From Candidatus Zhuqueibacterota bacterium (GTDB taxonomy: Bacteria > Zhuqueibacterota > Zhuqueibacteria > Thermofontimicrobiales > Thermofontimicrobiaceae): a DNA stretch of 62,369 bases. The stretch lies in assembly GCA_049322915.1 (NCBI GenBank), contig JBMOPW010000033.1, positions 1 through 62,369 of the forward strand, given 5' to 3'. A program made the translations under genes and the position numbers. The notes under the pieces were generated by a model. That model saw only the letters and a list, made by a program, of their open reading frames with translations, did no database searches and was not told the DNA's origin. This document shows, in pieces, positions 50,974-60,884 of the stretch; positions within the stretch are counted from its first letter, which is position 1; each line of letters starts with the position of its first letter.

Positions 50974-51696
50974 ATGAAAAGACATATCCTGATAATCGCC
51001 TTGATCTTTCTCAGTAGTTGTGCCCCGAATTTTACACATATTAAACGAGGAGAAACGGAATACATGTTGGAAAAAGAAATTCGCGGCGATGTTGTGATCA
51101 AATACCTGCTCTACCTGCCGGATAACTATGAAACCTCCGAAACAGACTGGCCGATGATTTTGTTCCTGCACGGCGCTGGCGAACGCGGGGCAAATCTCAA
51201 AAAAGTGAAGCTGCACGGCCCACCGAAACGCATCGAAGAAGGCAAAAAAATTCCATTCATCATCGTTGCACCCCAATGTCCATCAAACCAGCGGTGGTCA
51301 GTCAGCAATCTGGACAAACTGCTGGGCGTCATCACTGAAAATTATCGCGTCGATGAAAATCGTATCTATCTCACCGGGTTGAGCATGGGCGGCTATGGCA
51401 CCTGGGACCTGGCCATGGAGTATCCCAATCGGTTTGCGGCGATCGCTCCGATTTGCGGCGCCGGCGACACGTCGCGCGCGCACGTGTTGAAAGACATGCC
51501 GATCTGGGTGTTCCACGGCGCCAAAGACGATATTGTGCCACTTCAAAAATCCCAGGATATGGTCGACGCGCTGAAGACAGTCGGTTCTGACGTAAAGTTC
51601 ACCATCTATCGCACGGCCGGACATGATTCATGGACCAGGACATACAAGAGTTCCGCCCTGTACAAATGGTTTTTGGAGCATTCGCTGAACAAATGA
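50974..51696 (+). CDS. Alpha/beta-hydrolase lipoprotein (esterase/peptidase-like)
   Basis: Lipobox LSSC, FLHGAGERG, GLSMGG nucleophile, FHGAKDD, GHDSW. Confidence 0.9.
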   Translation: MKRHILIIALIFLSSCAPNFTHIKRGETEYMLEKEIRGDVVIKYLLYLPDNYETSETDWPMILFLHGAGERGANLKKVKLHGPPKRIEEGKKIPFIIVAPQCPSNQRWSVSNLDKLLGVITENYRVDENRIYLTGLSMGGYGTWDLAMEYPNRFAAIAPICGAGDTSRAHVLKDMPIWVFHGAKDDIVPLQKSQDMVDALKTVGSDVKFTIYRTAGHDSWTRTYKSSALYKWFLEHSLNK

Positions 51697-51836
51697 ATGC
51701 GCTCCTTCCTGATGGCGGGCTGTTTCAGCCGGGAAGCGGGCCATTTGTCGTTACGAAAAAAAATTGAATTTAACACATCTCCGACATTGCATCCGCGGGA
51801 GTCGTCATCGAATAAATGAACGAGGAGAAAAGATAT

Positions 51837-52910
51837 ATGCAGTTACCGGGAAAATTTATGGCCACTGGCATCGGCAGCATGCCGTTCACCGATGTGGACC
51901 ATGCGATTGATGTGTCGCTGACTCGATTCCCTGAAGCGCCATTCTGGCCGCAACTGCCCAGGCTGGATCTGAACGAGCAGATGGAAATTCAGTATTCCGA
52001 AGGGATGCCGTGCGTCGTCATTGACAGGGAAAAGCGGCGCATGAATTTCGATACCTCCGGCGATTATTCCGACGCCTTCGCTGCATTTTATGAAGCGTAT
52101 ATTCTGGCCATGGATGCCGATGAAGGCAGCGGCGATTGTTCCGCGCTGGCGATTCGCCCTGAGTTTTCGAAAGGCATCTACGCCTTTGAGAAGAAGCTGA
52201 GCGCGCGGGGAGGGAAGCTGCCGTTCGTCAAAGTGCAAACGACCGGGCCGTGCAGTTTTGCGCTGACCATTGTCGATGAGAATAAGCGCGCTATTTATTA
52301 CAACGAAGAATTTCGCGATGTGGTCATCAAAGCGCTGGCCATGAAATGCCGCTGGCAGATACAAAAATTCCAGCCATTTGCGGACAGGGTCATTTGTTTC
52401 ATCGACGAGCCGATTCTGTCCGGCTTCGGCAGTTCCACCTACGTCTCTGTGAAGCGGGAGAACGTTGTAGCCCATCTGGCCGAGGTCATCGACGCGGTGC
52501 ACGCGGATCATGGCATGGCCGGCATTCACTGCTGCGGCAACACCGAGTGGAGCATCCTCATCGACGCCGGGGTGGATATTGTCAATTTCGATGCGTTCGA
52601 ATTCGGCGAGACCATTGCCATGTACCCGGACGCGGTGAAGCGGCATCTCAATCGCGGCGGGTTTCTGGCCTGGGGCATTGTCCCAACCTCGGCGGCGATT
52701 CGGCAGCAGTCCGTGGAGACTCTGTCTGTTTTATTCGAAAAGATGATGGATCATCTGGCTGCAAAGGGGATAAGCAAAGAGCTCATTGTAGAGCATGCGC
52801 TCATCACTCCATCCTGCGGCACCGGCTCTTTGGAACCGGCCGATGCGGAGAAGGTGTTCGAGTTGACTCAGGGGTTGTCCGCGTTCATGCGCAAGAAGTA
52901 CGCTTTTTAA
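51837..52910 (+). CDS. Core-MetE-type (MesB-like) methionine synthase
   Basis: TGIGSMP, FWPQLP, VKVQTTGP, IDEP, Zn ligands in IHCCG and TPSCG; single-barrel length; GAGGAG RBS. Confidence 0.78.
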   Translation: MQLPGKFMATGIGSMPFTDVDHAIDVSLTRFPEAPFWPQLPRLDLNEQMEIQYSEGMPCVVIDREKRRMNFDTSGDYSDAFAAFYEAYILAMDADEGSGDCSALAIRPEFSKGIYAFEKKLSARGGKLPFVKVQTTGPCSFALTIVDENKRAIYYNEEFRDVVIKALAMKCRWQIQKFQPFADRVICFIDEPILSGFGSSTYVSVKRENVVAHLAEVIDAVHADHGMAGIHCCGNTEWSILIDAGVDIVNFDAFEFGETIAMYPDAVKRHLNRGGFLAWGIVPTSAAIRQQSVETLSVLFEKMMDHLAAKGISKELIVEHALITPSCGTGSLEPADAEKVFELTQGLSAFMRKKYAF

Positions 52911-52913
52911 TGC

Positions 52914-52962
52914 GCCACGTCGCCTGGCCGAACCTTCGGCGGTGACGTGGTTGGCTTTTTTT
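52914..52962 (+). terminator. Probable intrinsic terminator
   Basis: gccacgtcgcc / ggtgacgtggt stem with inner gccgaa-cc-ttcggc, then a T7 run. Confidence 0.6.
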
Positions 52963-53011
52963 CATACAGGATTAAAGATAATTTTCATCACAACGAAACC
53001 AATCCCAATCA

Positions 53012-53803
53012 ATGAAACTGGCAATTTCTGGAAAAGGCGGTGTTGGCAAAACCACGCTGGCAGCGGCGCTGTCGCTCCTGTTAGTCCGGCGCGGTCATAA
53101 AGTGCTGGCGCTGGACGCGGACCCTGATGCAAATTTGGCCTCGGCGCTGGGCCTGTCGGCGGAACAACAGGCGCAAATCGTCCCCATCTCCCGGCAGGTG
53201 GCGCTCATCGAAGCGCGCACCGGCGCCAAAGTGAAACAATACGGTCAGATTTTCAAGCTGAACCCGGAGGTGTCCGACATTGCCGGCAGCTATGCTGTGA
53301 CCCATCGCGGAGTGAATCTGTTAGTCCTGGGCGCTGTGCAACAGGGCGGCGGCGGTTGCGCCTGTCCGGAGAATATCCTGATCAAAGCGCTTGTGACCGA
53401 TCTGGTGCTTTTTAAAAATGAAACCCTGATCATGGACATGGAAGCCGGCATCGAGCATCTGGGCCGGGGAACAGCGCGCGGCGTGGATTCCCTGCTCATT
53501 GTGCTGGAGCCTGGTCTCAGTTCTGTGGAAAGCACGCGGCGCATCATGAATCTGGCCGCCGAGATCGGATTGAAGGACATTCGGCTCGTCGCCAACAAAG
53601 TCGCCGGCCAGCGCGACGAGGAGTTCATTCGGCGCGCTTTTCCGGACGCATCCATCCTGGGCTTCATTCCCTACACATCTGAAATTCGCGAGGCAGACCG
53701 GCCCGGGGCCACGCTGCTGGATTCCATCCGCCCCGAACTGCTATCGATTTTCGAAACCATCCTCAATCGGCTGGACTCCTCCGAAAAGGTCGGGAATCCA
53801 TGA
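53012..53803 (+). CDS. cooC: CooC/AcsF nickel-insertion ATPase
   Basis: SGKGGVGKTT, DADPDANL, GCAC (CxC), DMEAGIEHLGRG. Confidence 0.9.
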   Translation: MKLAISGKGGVGKTTLAAALSLLLVRRGHKVLALDADPDANLASALGLSAEQQAQIVPISRQVALIEARTGAKVKQYGQIFKLNPEVSDIAGSYAVTHRGVNLLVLGAVQQGGGGCACPENILIKALVTDLVLFKNETLIMDMEAGIEHLGRGTARGVDSLLIVLEPGLSSVESTRRIMNLAAEIGLKDIRLVANKVAGQRDEEFIRRAFPDASILGFIPYTSEIREADRPGATLLDSIRPELLSIFETILNRLDSSEKVGNP

Positions 53804-54564
53804 GCTACCTGATCGCAGTCACCGGCAAAGGCGGCGCCGGAAAGACAACGCTGTCGGCCCTGCTCATCTGGCGGCTTGCCGTCCGGGGCAAAGCTCCTGT
53901 CCTGGCTGTGGATGCTGACCCCAATACCTGTCTGGATGCCGCTCTGGGATTGCGCGTTGAAAAGACTGTGGGTCGTATCCGCGAGGAAGCGCGGGAGGCA
54001 AGCCGCAAAGGCCTCTCCAGCGGCATCTCCAAACAGCAATTGCTGGAATTGAAGATTGCGGAGAGCCTGGTCGAGGCGGACAATTTTGACCTCATCGCCA
54101 TGGGCCGTCCCGAAGGACCGGGCTGCTATTGCTACGCCAATAACGTATTGAGTTCAATTCTGCGGCAGATTTCAGCCGAATACCCCTACGTCGTCCTCGA
54201 TAATGAAGCCGGCCTGGAAAACCTGTCCCGCCGAATCGTGCAAAAAGTTGATCTGCTGATACTTGTGACCGATCCATCGCAGCGCGGGCTGGAAACAGTG
54301 GTTCGGCTTCATGCGCTGGCGAATGAAATGAAAATCGTATATGCCCGGTTGGCCATTGTCGTGAATCGGCTGCGCCATCACAGCGCTGTGCCGGAGGTCC
54401 TTCATCAGCTCAGGCAAAAGGTGTCGGCGGATTTTGTGGTGCCGCTGGCTGAGGACGATCAGCTTGCCGCGTTCGGTGAATCGGGCGCGAATCTCATGAA
54501 ACTGCCGACGGACAACGCAGTGGTCGCGCGTATCGATGAATTCCTGCTGCAATTAGGGTTATGA
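53800..54564 (+). CDS. Second CooC/AcsF nickel-insertion ATPase
   Basis: TGKGGAGKTT, DADPN, GRPEGPGCYC, DNEAGLENLSR. Confidence 0.9.
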   Translation: MSYLIAVTGKGGAGKTTLSALLIWRLAVRGKAPVLAVDADPNTCLDAALGLRVEKTVGRIREEAREASRKGLSSGISKQQLLELKIAESLVEADNFDLIAMGRPEGPGCYCYANNVLSSILRQISAEYPYVVLDNEAGLENLSRRIVQKVDLLILVTDPSQRGLETVVRLHALANEMKIVYARLAIVVNRLRHHSAVPEVLHQLRQKVSADFVVPLAEDDQLAAFGESGANLMKLPTDNAVVARIDEFLLQLGL

Positions 54565-54614
54565 ATCTGTCGCTGCCGTAGAAAAAAGGCAACCACCAGA
54601 ACTGGAGAATCACA

Positions 54615-56564
54615 ATGCCCCACGTACCGAAACCCATCGAAGAAAAGGTATGGGATGCTGCATCGGTTGAAATTCTGAAAAAAGCCGACCGTGAAAACAT
54701 CAGCACATGCTTCACCCGCATGGAAGCGCATCAGGCCCGGTGCGCTTTTGGGGTGAATGGCGTCTGCTGTCGGATTTGTCACATGGGCCCGTGCCGTATC
54801 AGCAAAAAAGCGCCGCGCGGCGTCTGCGGCGCAGATGCGGACACCATCGTCGCCCGAAACTTCCTGCGCGAGGTGGTCGGCGGCGCAGCAGCCCATTCGG
54901 ATCACGGCCGGCATCTTGTGTTGCTGCTGAAAAAAGCGGCCCGGGGCCATGGCGGCGATTATCGGATTCGGGACGAAAAGGCGCTGCGTCGCATCGCGCT
55001 TCAGTATGACATCGAACTGGATGGAAAGTCCACTGAACAGATCGCGCTGGAACTTGCGCAATTATTTCTGAATGAATTCACCGTGCAGGAAGAACCGCTG
55101 CTCACCCTGCGACTGTCGCCGGTGAAGCAACAAAGTCTCTGGAAAAGTCACAGCGTGGAACCGACCGGCATCGACCGCATGATTGTGGAGTCCATGCACC
55201 GCACGCACATGGGCGTGGATCACGACTACCGCAACCTGCTGCTGCAATCGTTTCGCACGTCTCTTTCCGACGGCTGGGGCGGTTCGCGCATTGCCTCGGC
55301 TGTCTCGGATATCCTTTTCGGCACACCCTCGCCGGTGCGCAGCCAGGCCAATCTTGGTGTGCTGGGCGAAAAGACGGTCAACATTGTGGTGCACGGCCAC
55401 GAGCCGGAACTTTCCGAGATGTTGGCCATTGCGGTTCAAATGCCGGAAATCAGGGACTATGCACAAAGCGCCGGCGCCGAGGGCGTCACCCTGGCCGGAA
55501 TTTGCTGCACTGCAAATGAAATTCTCATGCGCCACGGCATTCCCATTGCCGGCAATTTTCTGCAACAGGAACTGGCCGTGATCACCGGCGCTGTGGAAAT
55601 GATGCTCATCGATGTGCAATGCTGCATGCCCAGCCTGCCCGAGGTTGCATCCGCGTATCACACTGAAATTGTTTCGACAACGGATATTGCCAAAACCATT
55701 GGCGCCACGCATATTTCATTCGACGAAAATCACGCCCTGCAATCCGCAAAAAATCTCATCTTACGAGCCATTGATAATTTCAAAAATCGCGATCCCAAAA
55801 AAGTCGCCATTCCCTCAGCCAAAAATCCCATGGTCGCCGGCTTCAGCGTGGAGGCCATCAAATACATGCTGGGCGGCAGTTTTCGGGCGTCGTTCCGGCC
55901 GCTCAACGATGCGATCATCCAGGGCCGCATTCAGGGAGTGGTGGGAATCGTTGGCTGCAACAATCCCCGTAGCCGACTGGACGCCTACATCAACGTGCTG
56001 ACGCGCGAGCTGATCCAAAATAATATTCTTGTACTGAAAACCGGCTGCGCCGCCATCGCTTCGGCCAAAGAGGGCATGCTGACGCCGGAGGCTGCGCTGG
56101 AAGTGGCCGGGCACGGGCTGCGCGAAGTCTGCGAGGCCGTCGGTATTCCGCCGATCCTGCACATGGGCAGTTGCGTGGACAACTCGCGAATTCTGGAAGC
56201 CGGTGCCGAGATTGTGATGGAAGGCGGTCTGGGCGATGACCTGTCCCAGATTCCGGCTGTGGGCGTTGCGCCTGAATGGATGAGCGAGAAGGCCGTCTCC
56301 ATTGGGTGCTATTTTGTCGCTTCCGGCATCGATGTGATTCTGGGACATCCGTTTCACATCGCCGGATCGGAGAACGTCACGCGATTTTTGAACGAAGAAG
56401 CGAAAGAGATTTTCGGCGGCTCATTTCACGTGTGCGAAGATCCTCAGACTGCTGCCCTGAAAATTTTGGAACTGATTCACGGGAAACGCGAACGGTTGGG
56501 AATCAACAAAAAGACGGAGCGGAAACTGTACGATATGAAGGACAGGAGAGAACTGGTTGTCTAA
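54615..56564 (+). CDS. cooS: Anaerobic Ni-CO dehydrogenase catalytic subunit
   Basis: D/B-cluster CAFGVNGVCCRICHMGPC...VCG; C-cluster motifs HGHEP, CCTANE, DVQC, GCNN, TGCA, GSCVDN; SEKA. Confidence 0.97.
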   Translation: MPHVPKPIEEKVWDAASVEILKKADRENISTCFTRMEAHQARCAFGVNGVCCRICHMGPCRISKKAPRGVCGADADTIVARNFLREVVGGAAAHSDHGRHLVLLLKKAARGHGGDYRIRDEKALRRIALQYDIELDGKSTEQIALELAQLFLNEFTVQEEPLLTLRLSPVKQQSLWKSHSVEPTGIDRMIVESMHRTHMGVDHDYRNLLLQSFRTSLSDGWGGSRIASAVSDILFGTPSPVRSQANLGVLGEKTVNIVVHGHEPELSEMLAIAVQMPEIRDYAQSAGAEGVTLAGICCTANEILMRHGIPIAGNFLQQELAVITGAVEMMLIDVQCCMPSLPEVASAYHTEIVSTTDIAKTIGATHISFDENHALQSAKNLILRAIDNFKNRDPKKVAIPSAKNPMVAGFSVEAIKYMLGGSFRASFRPLNDAIIQGRIQGVVGIVGCNNPRSRLDAYINVLTRELIQNNILVLKTGCAAIASAKEGMLTPEAALEVAGHGLREVCEAVGIPPILHMGSCVDNSRILEAGAEIVMEGGLGDDLSQIPAVGVAPEWMSEKAVSIGCYFVASGIDVILGHPFHIAGSENVTRFLNEEAKEIFGGSFHVCEDPQTAALKILELIHGKRERLGINKKTERKLYDMKDRRELVV

Positions 56565-59500
56565 GATCATTTGCAGCAACGCCATCGACGGCGCTGTGAA
56601 CTGGGTCGCCCGCGCCGAGGCCAAGCTGAACGAGGCGATTCAACTCAACGGGGAGACCTCAGAAGTCGGTTTTCCGGATACGGCCTATTACCTGCCTATC
56701 ATCTATTCGTTCACCGGGGAGAAAGTGCATCACCTGGGTGACCTGCGCGCGATTCTCAGACGCGCCAAAGAATTACTGCCGTCGCGGCCTTCGGAGTCCG
56801 TCTGGCTGCCGTATCTGGGCAACACGCTGGACGCCGGAGTGGCTGCGCTGTTCGCCTGCGAAATCATCGAAGCCTGCAAATACGTCATCGGCCCGACGCC
56901 TGTGGATGGCATCTGGCTGGGCGCTGCCAGCGATGTGATCATGCGCGAGCGGGGCATCGAGTTCGTCGATGGCACTGCGCCGGGATTCGCCGCCATCACC
57001 GGGGCCGCGCCTGACAGCGACGTCGCTGTGAAAATCGCGCGCGAATTGCAGGAGAAGAATCTCTACGTGTTCATGGCTGGAACCACGGACGGCACGCAGT
57101 TCGCTGAGCAGTTGTCCGGGAAGGGCGTACAGCTCGGTTGGGAGACGCGGCTGGTGCCATTCGGCCGGGACGTGTCCGCGCTGGTCTACGCGCTGGGATT
57201 CGCCAATCGCGCTGCTCTCTCGTTCGGCGGCGTCAAGCCGGGGGACTATGCCGCGAATCTGCGCTACAACAAAAACCGGATTTTCGCCTTTGTGCTGGCC
57301 TTCGGCGAAGTGACGCCGGAGAAATATGCTGCTGCTGCCGGGGCGATCAATTACGGATTCCCGGTCCTGGCCGATACCGACATTCCCCAGATTTTACCCA
57401 CCGGCGTGTGCACCTACGAGCATGTGGTCTCCCAGGTGCCCTATGAAACCATGGTCGAAAAAGCGCTGGAAGTGCGCGGCTGCAAAGTGAAAATCACGCG
57501 CGTGCCCATCCCTGTGGCTTACGGCCCGGCGTTCGAAGGGGAGCGCATTCGCAAGGCAGATACCCACGTGGAATTCGGCGGCAACATCACCACAGCGTTC
57601 GAATTTGTCACCACGGCGGAACTGGATCAGATCAATGACGGCGACATTCAGATCATCGGGCCGGACATCGATACGGTAGCGCCGGGGAGCGCGCTGCCTC
57701 TTGCCATCTGGGTCGAGGTGGCTGGCAGAAAAATGCAGACCGATTTCGAACCGATACTGGAACGGCAGATTCATCATTTGATCAATGGCGCCGAAGGCAT
57801 CTGGCACATGGGCCAGCGCGATATTGTATGGACGCGCGTTTCAAAAAGCGGGTTCGACCGGGGACTTCGGCTCAGGCATTACGGCGAAATTCTTCACGCC
57901 AAATTGCTTTCCGATTACCCGGCCATTGTTGATAAGGTCAAAGTCACCCTCATCACCGAGAAGGCCGAAGTCGACGCCCGCGTGAAAATCGCCCGCAAAG
58001 TGTACGATGAGCGCAACCGCCGGCTGGAGGCCATGACCGATGAATCGGTGGAGACGTTCTATTCCTGCCTGCTCTGCCAATCCTTCGCGCCAAATCATGT
58101 CTGCATCATCACACCGGAGCGGCTGGGACTCTGCGGCGCGTACAACTGGCTGGACGGCAAGGCCGCCTACGAAATCGACGAGACCGGTCCCAATCAGCCG
58201 GTGAAGAAGGGCGAGTGCATCGATCCGGTCAAAGGCGTGTGGCAGGGAATTGACGATTACGTCTATCTCAACAGCCACAAGACGGTGACCAGTTTCAGCG
58301 CCTATTCCATCATGGATCGGCCCATGACCAGTTGCGGCTGTTTTGAAGTCATCTGCGCCTACGTGCCGGAATGCAACGGCATCATGGCCGTGAACCGCGA
58401 ATTTTTGGGGGACACGCCGGTGGGAATGACCTTTTCCACCCTGGCCGGCAGTGTTGGCGGCGGGCAGCAGACGCCCGGTTTTATGGGCTGCGGCAAAGTA
58501 TTCCTCACGTCGCGGAAATTTCTCTTCGCCGAGGGCGGTTACCGACGGTTGGTCTGGATGACGAAAGATTTGAAAATCCTTCTGGCCGACGATCTCAACA
58601 AGCGCTTTGCTGAACAGGGCGTCCCTGATCTGCTGGAAAAAATCTGCGATGAGACCATCGCCACGGAGGGTCACGCCATTCTCGAACATCTGAAAAAGGT
58701 CGCGCACCCGGCGCTGGAGATGGAGGACATGGGCCATTTCGCTGAATCGGGCCGCGTCGCTCCGCCAGATGCGCCGACGGCTCAGACTGTGGTCGCGGGG
58801 ATTCCGCCGGCGAAGGAAGAAGTGGCGTCGGGCAATGGAAGAGGCAGCGCCATTGTCGCGGCTGATGTGATCGAAAAAATGAAGCGCGAGGTGACGGCTG
58901 AAATTACGAAGGAGCTGAAGGCGACCATCACGCGGGACGTGGTCCAGGAGATCATCCGCACGTTGAGCCATAAATTTTTGGGCGAAGACATCGCCAGTGT
59001 CAAACAGGCTGAATCGGAACCGGATGGTGCAGCGCTTGTTGTTCCCGGCAGGGCATCTGTCGAAGAAAAACCTGTTGCGCCGGCGCCGGCCCGGCCAACA
59101 GCAGCGGATCGACTTGCCGGCATCACGACGTTCGAAATCCGCAAAGAACGCTGCGAAGTCCCAATCTGGTCGGTGAAGCTGGGCGCGACAAAAGCCGAAG
59201 GTGGAACGCGGGGGCGCACCTGCGTGGTCGGAGGCGCAACGTGCATGCCATTCCATCTCTGGGAGGGCGCCATGCCCCACCGGCCGGTCGTGGCCATGGA
59301 AGTGTTCGACGTGGTGAGCGAAAAATACCCGGCTGCTCTCCGAAAAATCTATGGCGCCGTGCTGAATCACCCGGCAGAGATGGCAAAAGCCTGCGTTGAA
59401 AAGTTTGGCGCTGATCTCATCAGCGTCCGGTTGGAGGCCACGCATCCGGAAAAGGGCAATCGCTCGCCGGAACAGGCGGTGCAGGTGGTGAAATCGGTGC

Positions 59501-60093
59501 TGGCCGCTGTGGATGTGCCGCTCATCGTGACCGGCCACAGCCATTTTGATCGCAACAACGATGTCATGAAGGCCGTGGCGCAGGCCTGCGCCGGAGAGAA
59601 TTTACTACTCAACTGGGTGGAGCAGGATAATTACCGAACTATTGCCGGGGCGGCGCTGGCCTATGGCCACGCCATTGTCGCGCAGAGTCCCATCGATGTG
59701 AACATTGCCAAACAGATGAATATTTTGCTGACGAATATGGATGTGAAGCCGGTGCACATTGTGATGGACCCCATGACCGGGGCCATGGGCTATGGGATTG
59801 AATACACGTATTCGGTGATGGAGCGCATCCGGCTGACTGCGCTCAACGGGGACGCCATGCTGGCCGGGCCGTTGATTGTTTCCCCGGGACAGGAATGCGC
59901 CAAGATCAAAGAGCTGAAGGCGGGCGAGGCGGAATTCCCGGCATGGGGCGACCTGGATAAACGGGCAGCGCTGTGGGAACTGGCCACAGCGGTAAATTTG
60001 CTCTACGCCGGCGCGGATATTCTGATCCTCTATCACCCGGAAGCGGTCAAAGCGTTGAAGCGGACAATCGATCAATTGATGGGAGGCAGCTAA
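56557..60093 (+). CDS. acsB: Acetyl-CoA synthase (AcsB) fused to corrinoid Fe-S protein small subunit (AcsD)
   Basis: FPDTAYYLP, A-cluster CLLCQSFAPNHVC...LCG and TSCGCFE; after about aa 859 AcsD motifs LGATKAEGGTR, SPIDVNIAKQ, MDP...GYGIEY.YSVMERIR; TTG start with AGGAG RBS. Confidence 0.93.
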   Translation: MSKIICSNAIDGAVNWVARAEAKLNEAIQLNGETSEVGFPDTAYYLPIIYSFTGEKVHHLGDLRAILRRAKELLPSRPSESVWLPYLGNTLDAGVAALFACEIIEACKYVIGPTPVDGIWLGAASDVIMRERGIEFVDGTAPGFAAITGAAPDSDVAVKIARELQEKNLYVFMAGTTDGTQFAEQLSGKGVQLGWETRLVPFGRDVSALVYALGFANRAALSFGGVKPGDYAANLRYNKNRIFAFVLAFGEVTPEKYAAAAGAINYGFPVLADTDIPQILPTGVCTYEHVVSQVPYETMVEKALEVRGCKVKITRVPIPVAYGPAFEGERIRKADTHVEFGGNITTAFEFVTTAELDQINDGDIQIIGPDIDTVAPGSALPLAIWVEVAGRKMQTDFEPILERQIHHLINGAEGIWHMGQRDIVWTRVSKSGFDRGLRLRHYGEILHAKLLSDYPAIVDKVKVTLITEKAEVDARVKIARKVYDERNRRLEAMTDESVETFYSCLLCQSFAPNHVCIITPERLGLCGAYNWLDGKAAYEIDETGPNQPVKKGECIDPVKGVWQGIDDYVYLNSHKTVTSFSAYSIMDRPMTSCGCFEVICAYVPECNGIMAVNREFLGDTPVGMTFSTLAGSVGGGQQTPGFMGCGKVFLTSRKFLFAEGGYRRLVWMTKDLKILLADDLNKRFAEQGVPDLLEKICDETIATEGHAILEHLKKVAHPALEMEDMGHFAESGRVAPPDAPTAQTVVAGIPPAKEEVASGNGRGSAIVAADVIEKMKREVTAEITKELKATITRDVVQEIIRTLSHKFLGEDIASVKQAESEPDGAALVVPGRASVEEKPVAPAPARPTAADRLAGITTFEIRKERCEVPIWSVKLGATKAEGGTRGRTCVVGGATCMPFHLWEGAMPHRPVVAMEVFDVVSEKYPAALRKIYGAVLNHPAEMAKACVEKFGADLISVRLEATHPEKGNRSPEQAVQVVKSVLAAVDVPLIVTGHSHFDRNNDVMKAVAQACAGENLLLNWVEQDNYRTIAGAALAYGHAIVAQSPIDVNIAKQMNILLTNMDVKPVHIVMDPMTGAMGYGIEYTYSVMERIRLTALNGDAMLAGPLIVSPGQECAKIKELKAGEAEFPAWGDLDKRAALWELATAVNLLYAGADILILYHPEAVKALKRTIDQLMGGS

Positions 60094-60111
60094 CAGCTAA
60101 CAGCTTTCAGC
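60088..60111. repeat. Heptamer array (single arm)
   Basis: agctaac-agctaac-agctttc-agc; contains the acsB-D stop codon. Confidence 0.6.
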
Positions 60112-60222
60112 GAAAAGAATAACACTAAATTAAGATGGATACCGTTCGTTCGGGATATTCAACCCGAAGAAGTGAATTTGGCAACAAGAACAAAGAGAAA
60201 ATATTCGTGGGAGAAAACTGAA

Positions 60223-60822
60223 ATGAAAAAATCAGGCTTAACCCATAGCGCTGTTTTTAATGATGAGCATTTCGCGCTGAATTACGCCCGGAAGCATCAG
60301 AGCATGGCCGTCAAGTTCAGTCGTGATTACGCGAAGAAATTGACTGAGCGCGGTTTCACCGGCGGCCGAATTCTGGATGACGGCTGCGGTTTCGGGCGCA
60401 CGGCCGTGAACCTCGCGGCATCATTTCCGGAGAGTCAGGTGTACGGCATCGATCTGTCGGACATCCTTTTGAATCTGGCGCGACAGTCAGCCAGTGCGGA
60501 GCATCTCGCGGATCGCGTCACATTCACCAAGGCTGACGTGCTGGCCATTCCGTTCGAAGATCGCTATTTCGATGCCGTGCTGAATGTGAACATGCTGCAT
60601 CTGGTGAATGATCCGGTGAAAATGCTGAATGAAATCCAACGCGTCACCAAACCCGGCGGCGCTATTTTCATCGCTGATCTGAAGCGTTCCTGGTTAGGCT
60701 TGCTGGAAGCGGAGATAAAATCGGCATGGACTCCGGAGGAGGCAAAGGGGTTTTTCTCAAAATCAAAAATCCGGCCGGGCACGTTATCAACCGATATGCT
60801 GTGGTGGCGATTTGAGGCGTGA
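60223..60822 (+). CDS. Class I SAM-dependent methyltransferase (UbiE/Methyltransf_11-like)
   Basis: ILDDGCGFG, GIDLS, ADVLAIPFEDRYFD, RVTKPGG; GGAGA RBS. Confidence 0.88.
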   Translation: MKKSGLTHSAVFNDEHFALNYARKHQSMAVKFSRDYAKKLTERGFTGGRILDDGCGFGRTAVNLAASFPESQVYGIDLSDILLNLARQSASAEHLADRVTFTKADVLAIPFEDRYFDAVLNVNMLHLVNDPVKMLNEIQRVTKPGGAIFIADLKRSWLGLLEAEIKSAWTPEEAKGFFSKSKIRPGTLSTDMLWWRFEA

Positions 60823-60884
60823 CGCTCGCGGAATCACTGGCCTCGTGTAACAATCGATTGGACAAAATTTAAGGAAGGCGTGGT

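Noticed and set aside
51697..51836. SAM or cobalamin riboswitch upstream of core-MetE
   Set aside because: No SAM-I core or B12-box motif recognisable
59170..59215. LGATKAEGGTR as evidence of an archaeal origin of the AcsD domain
   Set aside because: A similar motif occurs in bacterial AcsD, so it is not diagnostic without a phylogeny
57841..59544. Long minus-strand ORFs (567 aa here; also 41144-42811, 47650-48912, 10396-11601, 140-1189)
   Set aside because: Antisense shadows of well-supported + strand genes, with no recognisable motifs
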